A DNA stretch of 63,965 nucleotides, the filler included, from Octopus bimaculoides (taxonomy: Eukaryota), in NCBI RefSeq assembly GCF_001194135.2. It is 5 parts of 5 records of this genome, joined end to end, with 100 filler letters (N's around TTAATTAATTAA, not from the genome) between each part and the next. Parts side by side here need not be neighbours in the genome. Positions count along the whole stretch, not along the records: positions 44,854 to 60,697 come from NC_068984.1; positions 60,798 to 62,672 come from NW_026434260.1; positions 62,773 to 63,965 come from NW_026304377.1; 2 more parts are not named here. The stretch is one strand, 5' to 3'. Made by a program: the position numbers and the translations under genes. The notes beneath the pieces were generated by a model, which did no database searches, had not been told where the DNA came from, and worked only from the letters and a program-made list of their open reading frames with translations. This document shows positions 50,307 to 62,823 of this stretch, piece after piece. Every line of letters begins with the position of its first letter. The stretch's first letter is position 1.

Positions 50307-51125
50307 TACGAGGAGGTACCCAAAAGTAACCGGAAACGTTCTCTGTGGGACAAGTCCGTTGTATCCCAGGCTTCCGCTGCTAGAGGCCACTTGATGCGAC
50401 CCTCAGGCATCAGTCTACCGTCCGGTGTCAACGATTGCAGTCGTACTGCCACATGGTGCGTCTTTGATTTGCTGTGCATCTCCCGTGTTCGTCAATTTTG
50501 ACGATGGCTGAAACGAAGGAACAGCGTGCTTCCATGAAAGTGTATTTTCTGCTGAGAAAAACGACTGCCGAAACAGTTGTCATACTCCAAACAGCTCACA
50601 ATGATGCTACCATGAGTAAAATACAAATATACGAGTGGTTTCCACGCTTTAGGAATGGTCACTTGTCGCTTGAAGACCGATCTCGTTCAGGACGATCGTC
50701 AACCGCCCAAATGAATGAAAACATGAAAATTCCCGAACTGATCTTGGAGTACCGTCACTGAACAATTGGTGAACTTGTTGATATGACTGGTGAGTCCTGG
50801 AGCTACTGCCAACGAGTTTTGAGCGAGAAATTGCGAATGAAAAGAGTTGCAGCAAAATTCGTGCCTTGCTTGTTCACGGAAAATCAAAAGCTGTCACGAC
50901 TGAATGTGTGTCGTGAACCGAAAGAACAGTGGAAGTTGATCCGGATTTTTTTGGTGACAGAAGCTGGTGCTACGGAATTTGTAGACGTGGAAGAGGTGAA
51001 GAAAAAAAAACGACGGAGATGTTAAAAGCATCATTTCGCAGGAGTTCCAGCACTGCTTCGAATGGGAGAAAAACGCGCCTGGATCGATTCATTGCTTCAA
51101 ATGCAGAATACTCTGAAACCGATAA
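50307..51125 (+). mobile_element. Internally deleted mariner transposon
   Basis: 5' TIR TACGAGGAGGTACCCAAAAGTAACCGGAA. Broken ORF with EQRASMK..TAETV..L..IYEWF.RF..G..SLEDR.RSGR.ST, RVAAKFVP..TENQK, then jumps to EEVKK..RLDRFIASNAEYSE. Confidence 0.9.
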
Positions 51126-51243
51126 AAGTGTAAAGATGTAAAGATGTAAACATGTAAAACTAAGTGAATAAAATAATAAAGCCCCGAGTTGATAAATTCG
51201 TTGTGAGTGAATTTGGTATACGGAAATTGAGTGGAAGCCCGTC

Positions 51244-51279
<36 letters not shown>

Positions 51280-52022
51280 TGTAATTATAAGCATAATTAT
51301 AACCAGGGGCCAGCTAATTGCTTCGCCACGCACCGAATTTAGAAATAGGAGTTAAAATGCCTTTTCTGCTGCCATAAAGATCTCTCAGACATTAACACGC
51401 TTTTTTACGTAGGCAAAAAGAAAAAATAACGAATCCACACGGCTCAGATTAGCTACATACGCGTTTCAAGATTAAAGTAAAGTTATATATACTTACTTAT
51501 TTCTCATCTTCAGTGTAGCATTTCGAGATATAAATTTGAGAGTGTTAGGATTAAATATGTACGCGATTAAGCGTCATCGCATAAACGATATTCAAACAAC
51601 ACTTCCAAAAATATACAGCCAAATGTGGACAATATTTATCCTCAATACCCACGTGTGTGTTACGAGTAATCCCGCAGAAACTGCAGCTTTCGATCAGGGA
51701 GTAAATTATATTTGTATAATTTTACCTAAAAACGTTATTTTAACGTAAAACCAACGATTTTCTTTTTTTTATTGGTTGGCTGATATAAGCACTGATCACC
51801 AAACAATTCTGCATAACAAAGCTAGCGGCTTGGTTTAGGTTCAGAAGTCTTCTGGCTGACAAGAAACAAGTTGAAACACCGGTTGTCATAGAACGCCGTG
51901 TGTGCCAAGGAGCCAAGTGTTTTGAAAAACACTGTCGTCGCAAAGGGGAGAAGTTATTCTCCTAAGACGTAGCCAACAGCGGCTACAGTATAGTATAGCG
52001 TCTGAAGCTGCGTAAATATGTA

Positions 52023-52066
<44 letters not shown>

Positions 52067-53944
52067 TGATGCCTTAGTTCACTGGTAGTGAACAACTGAC
52101 ACCATAGAACATTTCCAGCGTTAGAAGCTGTGCAAAGACAATAATAATAACAACCCCAGTGTTACTTTGATGGTATGCACTGCTCTCTCACTCAATAATA
52201 ATAATAATAATAAATGTATGTATGTATGTATGTATGTATGCATGTATCTATGCATGCATGCATGTATGTATGTATGTATGTATGTATGTATGTATGTATG
52301 TATGTATGTATAAGTACGAACATTTATTGATTTCTAACGTAGACACAAATCTATAGAGTTTTAGGGGAGAGGTATATAGTCATATTTTGTATAGAAACAC
52401 GGTTTTATTTTTTCAAAGCTGCACATTTTTCAACAGGTTTGTTTTCTCAAACAACATCTCGTGAGCTTGTAAACTAAGGTCTGTTGCCTTTTGTAATTAG
52501 CGAAACTTGAATATGGTGTTAATGAAATACAAGCCATATGTTGACGTGACAGTGTATACCGCGTTTGTGTGTATATATATGTGGCGCTTTGATAGAATGA
52601 ATGCAGAGGTGTGCAATTATTGTGGAGAGGCCGTCAACACCGGTGTCGTAGGTGTCCTGAAACTATTAGAAATAGTTTTTATAAATATTACAAATAAGAA
52701 TTTTGCGCTGAAGTGTGGCGGACGAACAACAAAGTCAATGTGTGTCATGATTTGTTTCAAGAACTCAAATGAAAAGATTCTCTTTTACTTATGTTGCTAA
52801 GATACTGGAGGAAATGGTAACCCAAAACAACATTGTTTCTTCCTGTCTTTTGCTAAAGGCTAAAGATTAAGGCTCATGCTTCTAGGATCATACTTAAGTT
52901 GTATCATAAAGCTCGTGTTCGGTTCCGGTTTCCGCCTCGGATCAGACGCTTGTCTACTTCGGACAGAGAGAGAGAGAGAGAGAAAGGGGGGAAGTACAGG
53001 GTGAGGGAAAGAGAACAGTAGAGAGACAAAGATAGCAAGGGAGGGAGAGATCTCCATCACCATACGGTACGACAGAAGAACTATTAAATTTACTGTGTCC
53101 GCATTTCAAGAAACAAATCTTGTTTGAATTTAAAAGTCGACCACTGGACATTTAGTAAGCCATTAACATCTGCTTAACGTCTGGCTGACATCGAATTAGT
53201 GTAACGTTGGTTATCTCCCTTGTGCTTTTCTTTTTTTTCTTCTCCTTTACACGCAGGGGAGGGGTGGCAGAAGGAAGAAAAGAAAATCTAAAATCATGGG
53301 GCAAGATGTCTCACTCACTTTCAGGTCCAAGTTCGATTNNNNNNNNNNNNNNNNNNNNNNNNNNNNNNNNNNNNNNNNNNNNNNNNNNNNNNNNNNNNNN
53401 NNNNNNNNNNNNNNNNNNNNNNNNNNNNNNNNNNNNNNNNNNNNNNNNNNNNNNNNNNNNNNNNNNNNNNNNNNNNNNNNNNNNNNNNNNNNNNNNNNNN
53501 NNNNNNNNNNNNNNNNNNNNNNNNNNNNNNNNNNNNNNNNNNNNNNNNNNNNNNNNNNNNNNNNNNNNNNNNNNNNNNNNNNNNNNNNNNNNNNNNNNNN
53601 NNNNNNNNNNNNNNNNNNNNNNNNNNNNNNNNNNNNNNNNNNNNNNNNNNNNNNNNNNNNNNNNNNNNNNNNNNNNNNNNNNNNNNNNCGTGTGTTTTTA
53701 TTGGCTAAACTGGCAATATGACCATCCCCAAGTACAACAACATCTGTTTCAACACACGATTTCACATAAAAAATCTTGCAAAACAATTCTTATATATATA
53801 TATATATATTTATACATACATATATTTTAACCAGGTTACGCTTTATGAGCTTAGACACAAACACACGCATATACAATTTTTATTAACCAGGTGATGAGAT
53901 TTCTGTATGTGTGTGTATATATACATATACATACACACACATAC

Positions 53945-53999
<55 letters not shown>

Positions 54000-54910
54000 C
54001 ATACTACACACACACACACACATATATACTGTTTTTAATATATCTTTCATTAATCACAGGTAATTTCGGAATGTTGTATTTCAAAAGGCTGAGTGCTTGA
54101 AGTGAAGCCCAAGAGAAATCCGCTCTGATCGATCGCTCACAGCTGAGGTGTCTCTCTCTGTAATGTCAAGGGGCGGGGCTAAGAAAGAAAGAAAGAAAGA
54201 GCAAACACTTAAGAAAAAATATGATTTAGATGAAAAGAAAATAATGATGAATGTGTAGAAGATACGTAAGACATTAATATTGAGAGGAAAACTCATAGCA
54301 TAGGTATTCCCAATTGAAGGTATTAATTTGGTTGTGGCAGATGAATAGGAGATGCGGATGCAACAATTATCATGGTTTCTAGGTAAACATCTCGGTCAAT
54401 AAAATCATCCCCCCTTTTTTTTGTTGCCCTTGTTTTTATAGTCGTTTTTGTTTTTATAATTATGTTTTTATTAATATATATTTCTTGATCCAGATAAGTA
54501 ATGAATCTTGAGCGTTTTCCATAAATTATTAACTCTGCTTTCATCAAGGGAATAAGTTTTGAGAAAGAAAAAAAAAATGATTCACTTAGGACGTTGGTAG
54601 TTGCCAGTTCTCACTTTTGAATTGGCGAAAGTCATTAATTTGTAAATACAACAGAGAAGGGGGGAAATAATAAATATTCCGCAATATCTAAGGCAATGTC
54701 GGAAAGATTCTTCTGTTAACATAACTATATCAAACTTTAGTAAATATCATATTTTCTATTCTTAATTTGTGCCTTTTCTTCCTCGAAAAATATATTTTAT
54801 CTTTTTTCACAAGTTTCTCGTTAAATAATAAAGAATAATTGACGTCAAGAAGAAAAATAATGGTGGTCAGAATAGGAAAGAAGTTGCTGCTGCTGCTGCT
54901 GCTGCTGCTG

Positions 54911-54960
<50 letters not shown>

Positions 54961-55513
54961 GCTACTACTAATGGTTACAGAAAATGGCATAACACACAAT
55001 ACAATCAGTATATTACTCAGAGAACATGAAACAAGGGTTTACTGAGAGTCTGAAGACAAGCGTGGACGTTTAGAATAAGCCGATGAAACTGCTTTGGACA
55101 GACAAAAGGTGAAGCCAATGTTAACGTATTTAGTACTTCGAGAAGAATTCTTGAACTTACTCGAAATAAATATACAGTGGCAAGCAAAAGCTACTAAATT
55201 AAAGACTAGCTTTCCTTCACCCACAATAGCAGCTGGTGATTAGTTCCGGAATCTATAGCGCTTAAGTATAGGAGATTAACCTATTTTAAGGCAGGATATT
55301 AGTCCACTGCAAATAATATCAAATAACATTCCCAGACGATCATCTGGTACATGTATCCAGTTGCCAGGCAATCTGAGCCACATGCAACTATGTGTTCTAT
55401 TCACAGATGCAGCGAAACACCTGCATTCTTTTTAAAGACGTACAACGACCTATCAGCTGATAAAGGAACCATTCATTCCTTTTACCATAACTTGTTGAAT
55501 GCTATTTCATGAA

Positions 55514-55648
55514 GGTGTCGTGGTCTAGAGTTTAGGCGATTCCGCTCACAGTCATAAGGCCGCGGGTTCAACTCCTGGACTGGGTGTCGCGTGGTCCCCT
55601 TCAGCAGGTTACTTTATTTTAGCGTTGCTGAAATCTACTCAGCTGTCA
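55514..55648 (+). mobile_element. Degenerate tRNA-derived SINE (CORE-like family)
   Basis: A-box-like GTGGTCTAGAG, B-box-like GGGTTCAACTCC, then ACTTTATTT..GTTGCT....CTACTCAGCTG. Confidence 0.65.
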
Positions 55649-55854
55649 TGTTGGTGCATCTCTCTCTGTCTCTCTCTGTCTCTCTCCATCGCCCCCTCTC
55701 TCTGTCTCTCTCTGTCTCTCTCCATCGCCCCCTCTCTCTTTCTCTCTCTCCCTCTCTCAAAAGACAAGTAAATAGATTAATATATGGAACAGATTCAACC
55801 CTTGTGAGTGTTGTGTACAAAAACAAAAAGAAATGAATTTGTGTTTGTATATAT

Positions 55855-56012
55855 TGGCCCCGTGTGGTAAGAAGTTTGCTTCACGATCACATGGCTCCAG
55901 GGTTAGTCACACTGTATGGCACCTTGGGCGAATGTCTTCTAGTATAACCTCAGGCCGACTAAACCCTTGTAAGTGGACTTGTAAGATGGAAACTAAAAGA
56001 AGCGCATTGTAT
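55855..56012 (+). mobile_element. OR-like SINE
   Basis: Colinear with other OR-like copies. Confidence 0.8.
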
Positions 56013-56018
56013 ATACGT

Positions 56019-56481
56019 GCCTTGAAGCCGTCCTTCGGCGGAATTCAAGCTAGCTCCTGAGGAGAGCAACTTTGAGGTCTTCGGCCCCACTATCAGGCCG
56101 CATCGCGGCCCTCTACCCTCCTGTAATGGAATGGACTCAGACATATTCATTGTATATGTACCTCCTGGTATTAATTACCCGATACCCCATTCCAAACTCC
56201 CCACCGGACATATATCCACACACCCATACCCATAAACTCAATCCCTGTACTTCCCTCGCACCCATACATAAACCCCATGTCCCATTAACTTGTTTTTCAT
56301 TCAACATGTAACGTGAATTCCATCTCTGTAACAGTGTGTCGGTGTATGAACCCTTGGACCGCTTTCTGCCAGCTTTGCCGATAGACATACAACTGGTTTC
56401 TAGTTTGACTTACAGCTTCCTATAAGACTTACGGTTACGTTTCTAGCCTTGAAGCCGCCCTCCTGGCGGCATTCAGGCTAG
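56019..56481. repeat. Pair of homologous GC-rich hairpins ending in CTAG, 427 bp apart
   Basis: GCCTTGAAGCCGTCCTTCGGCGGAATTCAAGCTAG (56019) and GCCTTGAAGCCGCCCTCCTGGCGGCATTCAGGCTAG (56446). Confidence 0.8.
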
Positions 56482-57340
56482 CTGAGAATTTTGCAGGGTA
56501 TTCAGGTAGGAAAAAAATCTAGAATTCTGGAGCTGTTGGCCCAAACACCAATATGTAACCGGAACTGGAAGATTAGCTTTCCACCTAGACATAAGTTTCA
56601 TAAACTACAAAATATAAATATCCTCACAACTACACTTGTATCTGTTATACCGCGTTATTTCGATTTGAATGTACATGAAGGTATTTAGAATGCCCGAACT
56701 TATTTCTGCAGATGTGCTAAGCTCTGATGCTGATCATAGTTTAATCAATAAGCGTAGGAGCGAGGTAAATGCAGTAAGAATAGCGGGGTCAAGTGACCCT
56801 TCAGGAATTGAACCTCCTTACGAAATTCCCTGAGAGTTCATGGTATGAAATTCATTGTTATTGCTCCGATTTGGTCGGCAATGCCATGTATTTAGTTTAA
56901 AATGCAGTAAAAATAGGGAGGGGGCTCAATGGGACCCCGATTAGGCGGCACTTAAAAAATTAGACCCCCTTAGGACATTCCCTGGGATTAGGGGAGTCGC
57001 TGGTTTGACTTTCGTTNNNNNNNNNNNNNNNNNNNNNNNNNNNNNNNNNNNNNNNNNNNNNNNNNNNNNNNNNNNNNNNNNNNNNNNNNNNNNNNNNNNN
57101 NNNNNNNNNNNNNNNNNNNNNNNNNNNNNNNNNNNNNNNNNNNNNNNNNNNNNNNNNNNNNNNNNNNNNNNNNNNNNNNNNNNNNNNNNNNNNNNNNNNN
57201 NNNNNNNNNNNNNNNNNNNNNNNNNNNNNNNNNNNNNNNNNNNNNNNNNNNNNNNNNNNNNNNNNNNNNNNNNNNNNNNNNNNNNNNNNNNNNNNNNNNN
57301 NNNNNNNNNNNNNNNNNNNNNNNNNNNNNNNNNNNNNNNN

Positions 57341-57384
<44 letters not shown>

Positions 57385-57475
57385 GTGTTGGTGATGATGT
57401 TTATTAACCTTGGATATATATGTATGTGAGTGTGTGTGTGTGTGTATGTGTGTGTGAGTCTTTGTGTTTGAGCCC

Positions 57476-57660
57476 ACCTTGACAACCGATGTGGGTGTGT
57501 TTACGTCTCCTTAACTTAGCGGTTCGGTGAGACAGACCTTTAAAATAAGTATCAGACTTTGGAAAAATGATTAGTACTGAGCTCTGTTTGTTTAACTAAA
57601 CTCCTCAAGGGGGAGCCACATCATGGTGGCTATCCAATGATCGAAACAGTAAAAGACGAC
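57476..57660 (+). mobile_element. SINE 3' tail module
   Basis: CCTTGACAACCGATGTGGGTGTGTTTACGTCTCC..AACTTAGCGGTTCGG. Confidence 0.8.
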
Positions 57661-58388
57661 GACCATGGTTACCTGAACAGGTAACACTTAATTGTATGTT
57701 TATTATACACACATTTATGTGCTTGTACACAGATATATATATACATACAAACGCATATATATATATATATGCATTTATAGATTTATATATATATATATAT
57801 ATATGTATANNNNNNNNNNNNNNNNNNNNNNNNNNNNNNTATATATATAATGGGCTCATCTTACGTACGCTGAAAAGAAACGAGACAAGTAGATAGAGAA
57901 GCAAATAAATAAAAAAGATAAGCGGTAAACAAAAGAAGGTTATAAATAGTGGGGGGAAGGAGAGAGATAGACTAAGAGAGAGAGAGATATAGACTAAGAG
58001 AGAGAGAGATAGAGATAGAGAGAGAGAAAGAGAGAGAGAGGGAGAGGTGGAAGAGAGAGAGAGAAAGGAAGAATGAAAAGAAAGCAAGGCGGAGAGGCCT
58101 AAGGTGGCCTGCGATGCGCGTCTGTGTCACCTCGATATCATCTGGAAGCGTCTTCTTTTCTGAAACCATTTGTTTGAGTGCTTCCAGATAATTGAGTATC
58201 TTCGGGTAGAAAGAAGTGTGTTTGAAACTTAGACTTGCGATGGTTATTCCAGGCGAGAAAGAAACAATTGGACGGTTTATGTAATAAACATAATTGTTCA
58301 CCGTAAAATGAAACATAAACACGCATACATAGGTACGTGCAGACATGCATACCTACATAATACATACATACATATATTTATATATGTT

Positions 58389-58460
<72 letters not shown>

Positions 58461-58461
58461 G

Positions 58462-58625
58462 GCGCATGCATGACTGTGTGGTAAGTAGCATGCTTACCAA
58501 CCACATGGTTCCGGGTTCAGTCCCACTGTGTGGCATCTTGAGCAAGTGTCTTGTACTATAGCCTCGGGTCGACGAAAGCCTTGTGAGTGGATTTGGTAGA
58601 CGGAAACTGAAAGAAGCCCAGCGTG
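58462..58625 (+). mobile_element. OR-like SINE
   Basis: Near-consensus copy. Confidence 0.9.
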
Positions 58626-58904
58626 TATATATATATATATATATATAATATTAATGGTTTCTTATTAGGAAATCAATATATTTTATACAGGGCTGCAAGG
58701 AGAAGTGCTCAGAATAACTGAGACAAGAGTAAAATATTGGTTATAGAATAAAAACGCTGGGTTAACGACTCGCCATATCACACCCCCTCAATGAACATAT
58801 ATAAGAGGTACAACATAATCCGTCAAGCATAAGGAATAAGAAGATATAGCGTAAGAAAAATAACGCAAGAAGAAATAATAAATAAATAAAAAAATATAGC
58901 ATAT

Positions 58905-59060
58905 AGATTTTGAGGGGGGGGGGGCAGGCAATTACATCGACCGCCGTACACGACTGGTATTTTATCGGACCTAAAAGGATGAATGGCAAAGTTGACTTAA
59001 ATCGTATTTGAACGCAGAATGTAAAGAGTCGGGAAAAAAATGTTGCTGAGTATATTTTTT
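58905..59060 (-). mobile_element. Degenerate OK-like SINE
   Basis: CTGGTATTTTATCGGACC..AAAGGATGAATGGCAAAGTTGAC...TTTGAACGCAGAATGTAAAG. Confidence 0.7.
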
Positions 59061-59205
59061 TCTCCATCGTTCTAATAATTCTTCCCCCTCGCTACCTCGC
59101 CACTTCTGGTTTCTGATGGCTGCGATGAGACTAATAACGAGAGACGTACATATGCATACATACATACATACATACATACACACATACATACATTATATAT
59201 GTGTG

Positions 59206-59278
<73 letters not shown>

Positions 59279-59390
59279 GCACACACATACATACGCACTC
59301 ATATGTGAGCATGGAATATTAAATAAGAACTAGTGTAGTCGGTAGAAACCTTTCTGCTTGTGAGAGATGGGTGTAAGAAACGAAGAGAGG

Positions 59391-59429
<39 letters not shown>

Positions 59430-59522
59430 GGTGAATGTTGCTAAAGATGGTGGGGGTGGGGGTGATTATGTCGACGATCCGCTTGCATGCACCGGTTACT
59501 ATTACTGCTCCTTACTGCACAG

Positions 59523-59666
59523 ATCATTAACTCAGCAAACAACCCCAGATTTGGAGTCCTTACTCTGCAGACACATTTATACCGAAATCTGTACAAGTCC
59601 CTTTACGTGCCGCAGTGCGAGATGGCTGTGACCTCTTTTCATGAGATCATTGTTGCTAGTGTTTAA
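59523..59666 (+). CDS. Candidate terminal exon (unverified)
   Basis: Acceptor ctccttactgcacAG, then 47 open codons (IINSANNPRFGVLTLQTHLYRNLYKSLYVPQCEMAVTSFHEIIVASV) to TAA; no recognised homolog. Confidence 0.2.
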   Translation: MINSANNPRFGVLTLQTHLYRNLYKSLYVPQCEMAVTSFHEIIVASV

Positions 59667-59859
59667 ACAGAAATGAAGAGAAATAACACAGAGTGGCCAA
59701 GGGTATATATTTTAGCAACATAGACAATTACAGCCGTACTAAATACCATACTACATGCATTCATGATTTATTAAAATCATCTCTGCTTCTAGAAGATGTG
59801 GCAGAATTACCAAATGGCAGTTAAGACAAGCTTCGTGGGAAAAGATGAGATAATCTCAA

Positions 59860-60045
59860 GGTTTAGTTGTGTGTTGGTAGAGAGTACCACTGTAAGCCGC
59901 AGACTTCATGAGGCATAGGCTCCGCAAAGGTGAATTTCTCTGTATATACGAAATAAAGCTGCTATTACTTGCAATTCAATCTACAGCGTAAAGGTTCTGT
60001 CATTCGCTGGATAAAGATTGGGTCATTATTGGTGAAGCTATGGAC
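59860..60045 (+). mobile_element. Possible decayed Tc1-like transposase fragment
   Basis: TTVSRRLHEA (cf. STVRRRLHEAG) followed by RFCHSLDKDWVIIGE. Confidence 0.35.
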
Positions 60046-60629
60046 ATCGGGACTCAATCAACCTGCAGAAGGTGCCACTAGGATAACAAGTCACAACCTT
60101 GCTACCAAGCAGGTGGCCAGTCAAGGTTAGCCTTAAAATAAGGAATTGAATACAAAGATATGTACTGACAGATTGACAGATTGACAGACATATACGTCAG
60201 CTGTCTGTAACACAGAAATACTTCTTCGAGTTCAACACGACGTCTATGAAGGATTACATCGAAACCTGCAGTTCCTTTAGCCTAGTTATAAGTTTGCTTC
60301 GATACCAATAATTACTGCTTCATTGTTTCAGTAAGTCTTTTAAATGAAAATCTTGGAAAAGTCGGACTGTGAGACAAAAAGAAAAAGATTAGCTGACTCG
60401 CACTCGACTAATACTAAGTCTCATTAAATCAGCAAAAATTTCCAAACTTTTCTGATATTCAATATATGCTAATCTTTATTGTTGTTAACCAAAGTTCGGC
60501 AGTTGGAGCTTTGTTTCTTTGATATAAGCCAGGTACTTGAACCTATTTGCATTCTAGAAAGAATTCAAATAAATAATAGAAAGAAAAGACATATATAGAT
60601 ACAAACGCACATATATATACACAAACCAG

Positions 60630-60697
<68 letters not shown>

Positions 60698-60741
60698 NNN
60701 NNNNNNNNNNNNNNNNNNNNNNNNNNNNNNNNNNNNNNNNN

Positions 60742-60753
60742 TTAATTAATTAA
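60742..60753. other. Assembly linker TTAATTAATTAA
   Basis: Flanked by N runs. Confidence 0.85.
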
Positions 60754-60961
60754 NNNNNNNNNNNNNNNNNNNNNNNNNNNNNNNNNNNNNNNNNNNNATA
60801 TATATATATACATATTCTTTCATTCTTCTACTCTTTTATGTTTTACTTGTTGCAGTCATTAGATTGCGGCCATTCTCGACCACATGTATATATGTCTGTA
60901 TGAATGTACGTATGTATTCATGTATATGCGCATGTGCGTTCGTGTGTCTTTCTGTCTGTGC

Positions 60962-61165
60962 CTGTCCCCCACCACTTCTTGATAACCGGTGCTGGTGTGC
61001 TTACATCCCCTCAATCTAACGATTTGAGGAAAGAAACCGATAAATTAAGTAGCAGGGCTTAGCATAAAAATCAGTGTAAATGCTGGGGTTTATTTGGTTC
61101 ACTAAACTTTCCTCGAGGCGGTGCTCCAGCATGACCACAGTCTAATGACTGAAACAAGTTACAGA
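60962..61165 (+). mobile_element. SINE 3' tail module
   Basis: GGCGGTGCTCCAGCATGACCACAGTCTAATGACTGAAACAAG. Confidence 0.8.
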
Positions 61166-62067
61166 TATTACAAATTAAGATTTAGGGATTAAGGGAAGCT
61201 ATTGGCCTTAGAAGAAAAACGAAGAAAGGCGGAGGGATAGGTAAAGGGTTGGCAGGGGGATAAGTAAGAGAAAGGTAGAGTGAGAGTATGAGGTAGAGGG
61301 AAATTTAGACAGCTAGAATGACTCTGTAATACACAATAAAGTTAGAGAAAGGGAGAGGGAGAGAGAAAAGGGGACGGAGAGAGAGAGAGAGAGAGAGANN
61401 NNNNNNNNNNNNNNNNNNNNNNNNNNNNNNNNNNNNNNNNNNNNNNNNNNNNNNNNNNNNNNNNNNNNNNNNNNNNNNNNNNNNNNNNNNNNNNNNNNNN
61501 NNNNNNNNNNNNNNNNNNNNNNNNNNNNNNNNNNNNNNNNNNNNNNNNNNNNNNNNNNNNNNNNNNNNNNNNNNNNNNNNNNNNNNNNNNNNNNNNNNNN
61601 NNNNNNNNNNNNNNNNNNNNNNNNNNNNNNNNNNNNNNNNNNNNNNNNNNNNNNNNNNNNNNNNNNNNNNNNNNNNNNNNNNNNNNNNNNNNNNNNNNNN
61701 NNNNNNNNNNNNNNNNNNNNNNNNNNNNNNNNNNNNNNNNNNNNNNNNNNNNNNNNNNNNNNNNNNNNNNNNNNNNNNNNNNNNNNNNNNNNNNNNNNNN
61801 NNNNNNNNNNNNNNNNNNNNNNNNNNNNNNNNNNNNNNNNNNNNNNNNNNNNNNNNNNNNNNNNNNNNNNNNNNNNNNNNNNNNNNNNNNNNNNNNNNNN
61901 NNNNNNNNNNNNNNNNNNNNNNNNNNNNNNNNNNNNNNNNNNNNNNNNNNNNNNNNNNNNNNNNNNNNNNNNNNNNNNNNNNNNNNNNNNNNNNNNNNNN
62001 NNNNNNNNNNNNNNNNNNNNNNNNNNNNNNNNNNNNNNNNNNNNNNNNNNNNNNNNNNNNNNNNNNA

Positions 62068-62692
62068 CAGCGACATCTGTTTGGTGGTCAAAGTAAATGG
62101 CCACCTATCAGAATCGATTTGCACCGGTCTTTCGGTCCGTCAAAGATGCTCACTCTCGCCTCCTCTGTACGTACTGGCCATTGCTGCCTAAGCTGGAGGT
62201 TTCGAAATTCATCCTGAATGTCTTGAGATGCGGAATGTTCGTATCAGCTAACACGGACTACGTCACCGTAATACTGTCCACGGAGCGGTGATAGGAGCAA
62301 AGATTATCCAAGAGAAATCGGTGGGCCTGCAGCTTGGCAGCTGGAAAAGCAGATCGATACCAACCGACAGTTTGTAGGGCCCTAGACGGAAAGACAGGAT
62401 AAACTGCTTGGGGTCTGGTTTGGTCTAGACCACCAAGTGGACAACACCTGGTCGGTGGTGACGAACAGGGTAGTCAATCTCACCCAGAAATGGGCAGAGA
62501 GGAAGCTGTTCTTGAAGGGTCAGGCGGAGGTGGAGAATGCGTACATCGCTTCCGTCATCTACGCCCTCCCGAATGTAGTTCCATACTCCACTTCATGCTC
62601 GATAAAGTTAGAGCGCTTGTTCTTCCGCTTTCTAAGGAAGGGACGTGTTCCTCTCAGCAGACGGTCCATCTGNNNNNNNNNNNNNNNNNNNN
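62068..62692 (+). mobile_element. Tx1/L1-group LINE reverse transcriptase fragment (decayed)
   Basis: VKVNGHLSES...SVRQRCSLSPPLYVLA (cf. RQGCPLSP.L), VSANTDYVTV (decayed YADD), KLLGVWFG, W..R.L.LKG.A. Confidence 0.8.
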
Positions 62693-62716
62693 NNNNNNNN
62701 NNNNNNNNNNNNNNNN

Positions 62717-62728
62717 TTAATTAATTAA
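62717..62728. other. Assembly linker TTAATTAATTAA
   Basis: Flanked by N runs. Confidence 0.85.
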
Positions 62729-62772
62729 NNNNNNNNNNNNNNNNNNNNNNNNNNNNNNNNNNNNNNNNNNNN

Positions 62773-62804
62773 TTAACCCGGGCAAAGCCGGGTATTTCTG
62801 CTAG
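62773..62804 (+). mobile_element. Helitron-like 3' terminus
   Basis: GC hairpin CCCGGGCAAAGCCGGG, an 8-nt spacer, then CTAG followed by T. Confidence 0.6.
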
Positions 62805-62823
62805 TATATATATAAATATATAT

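Noticed and set aside
55514-55585. Possible tRNA gene
   Set aside because: There is no complete cloverleaf, and it continues into SINE body sequence, so it is a SINE head.
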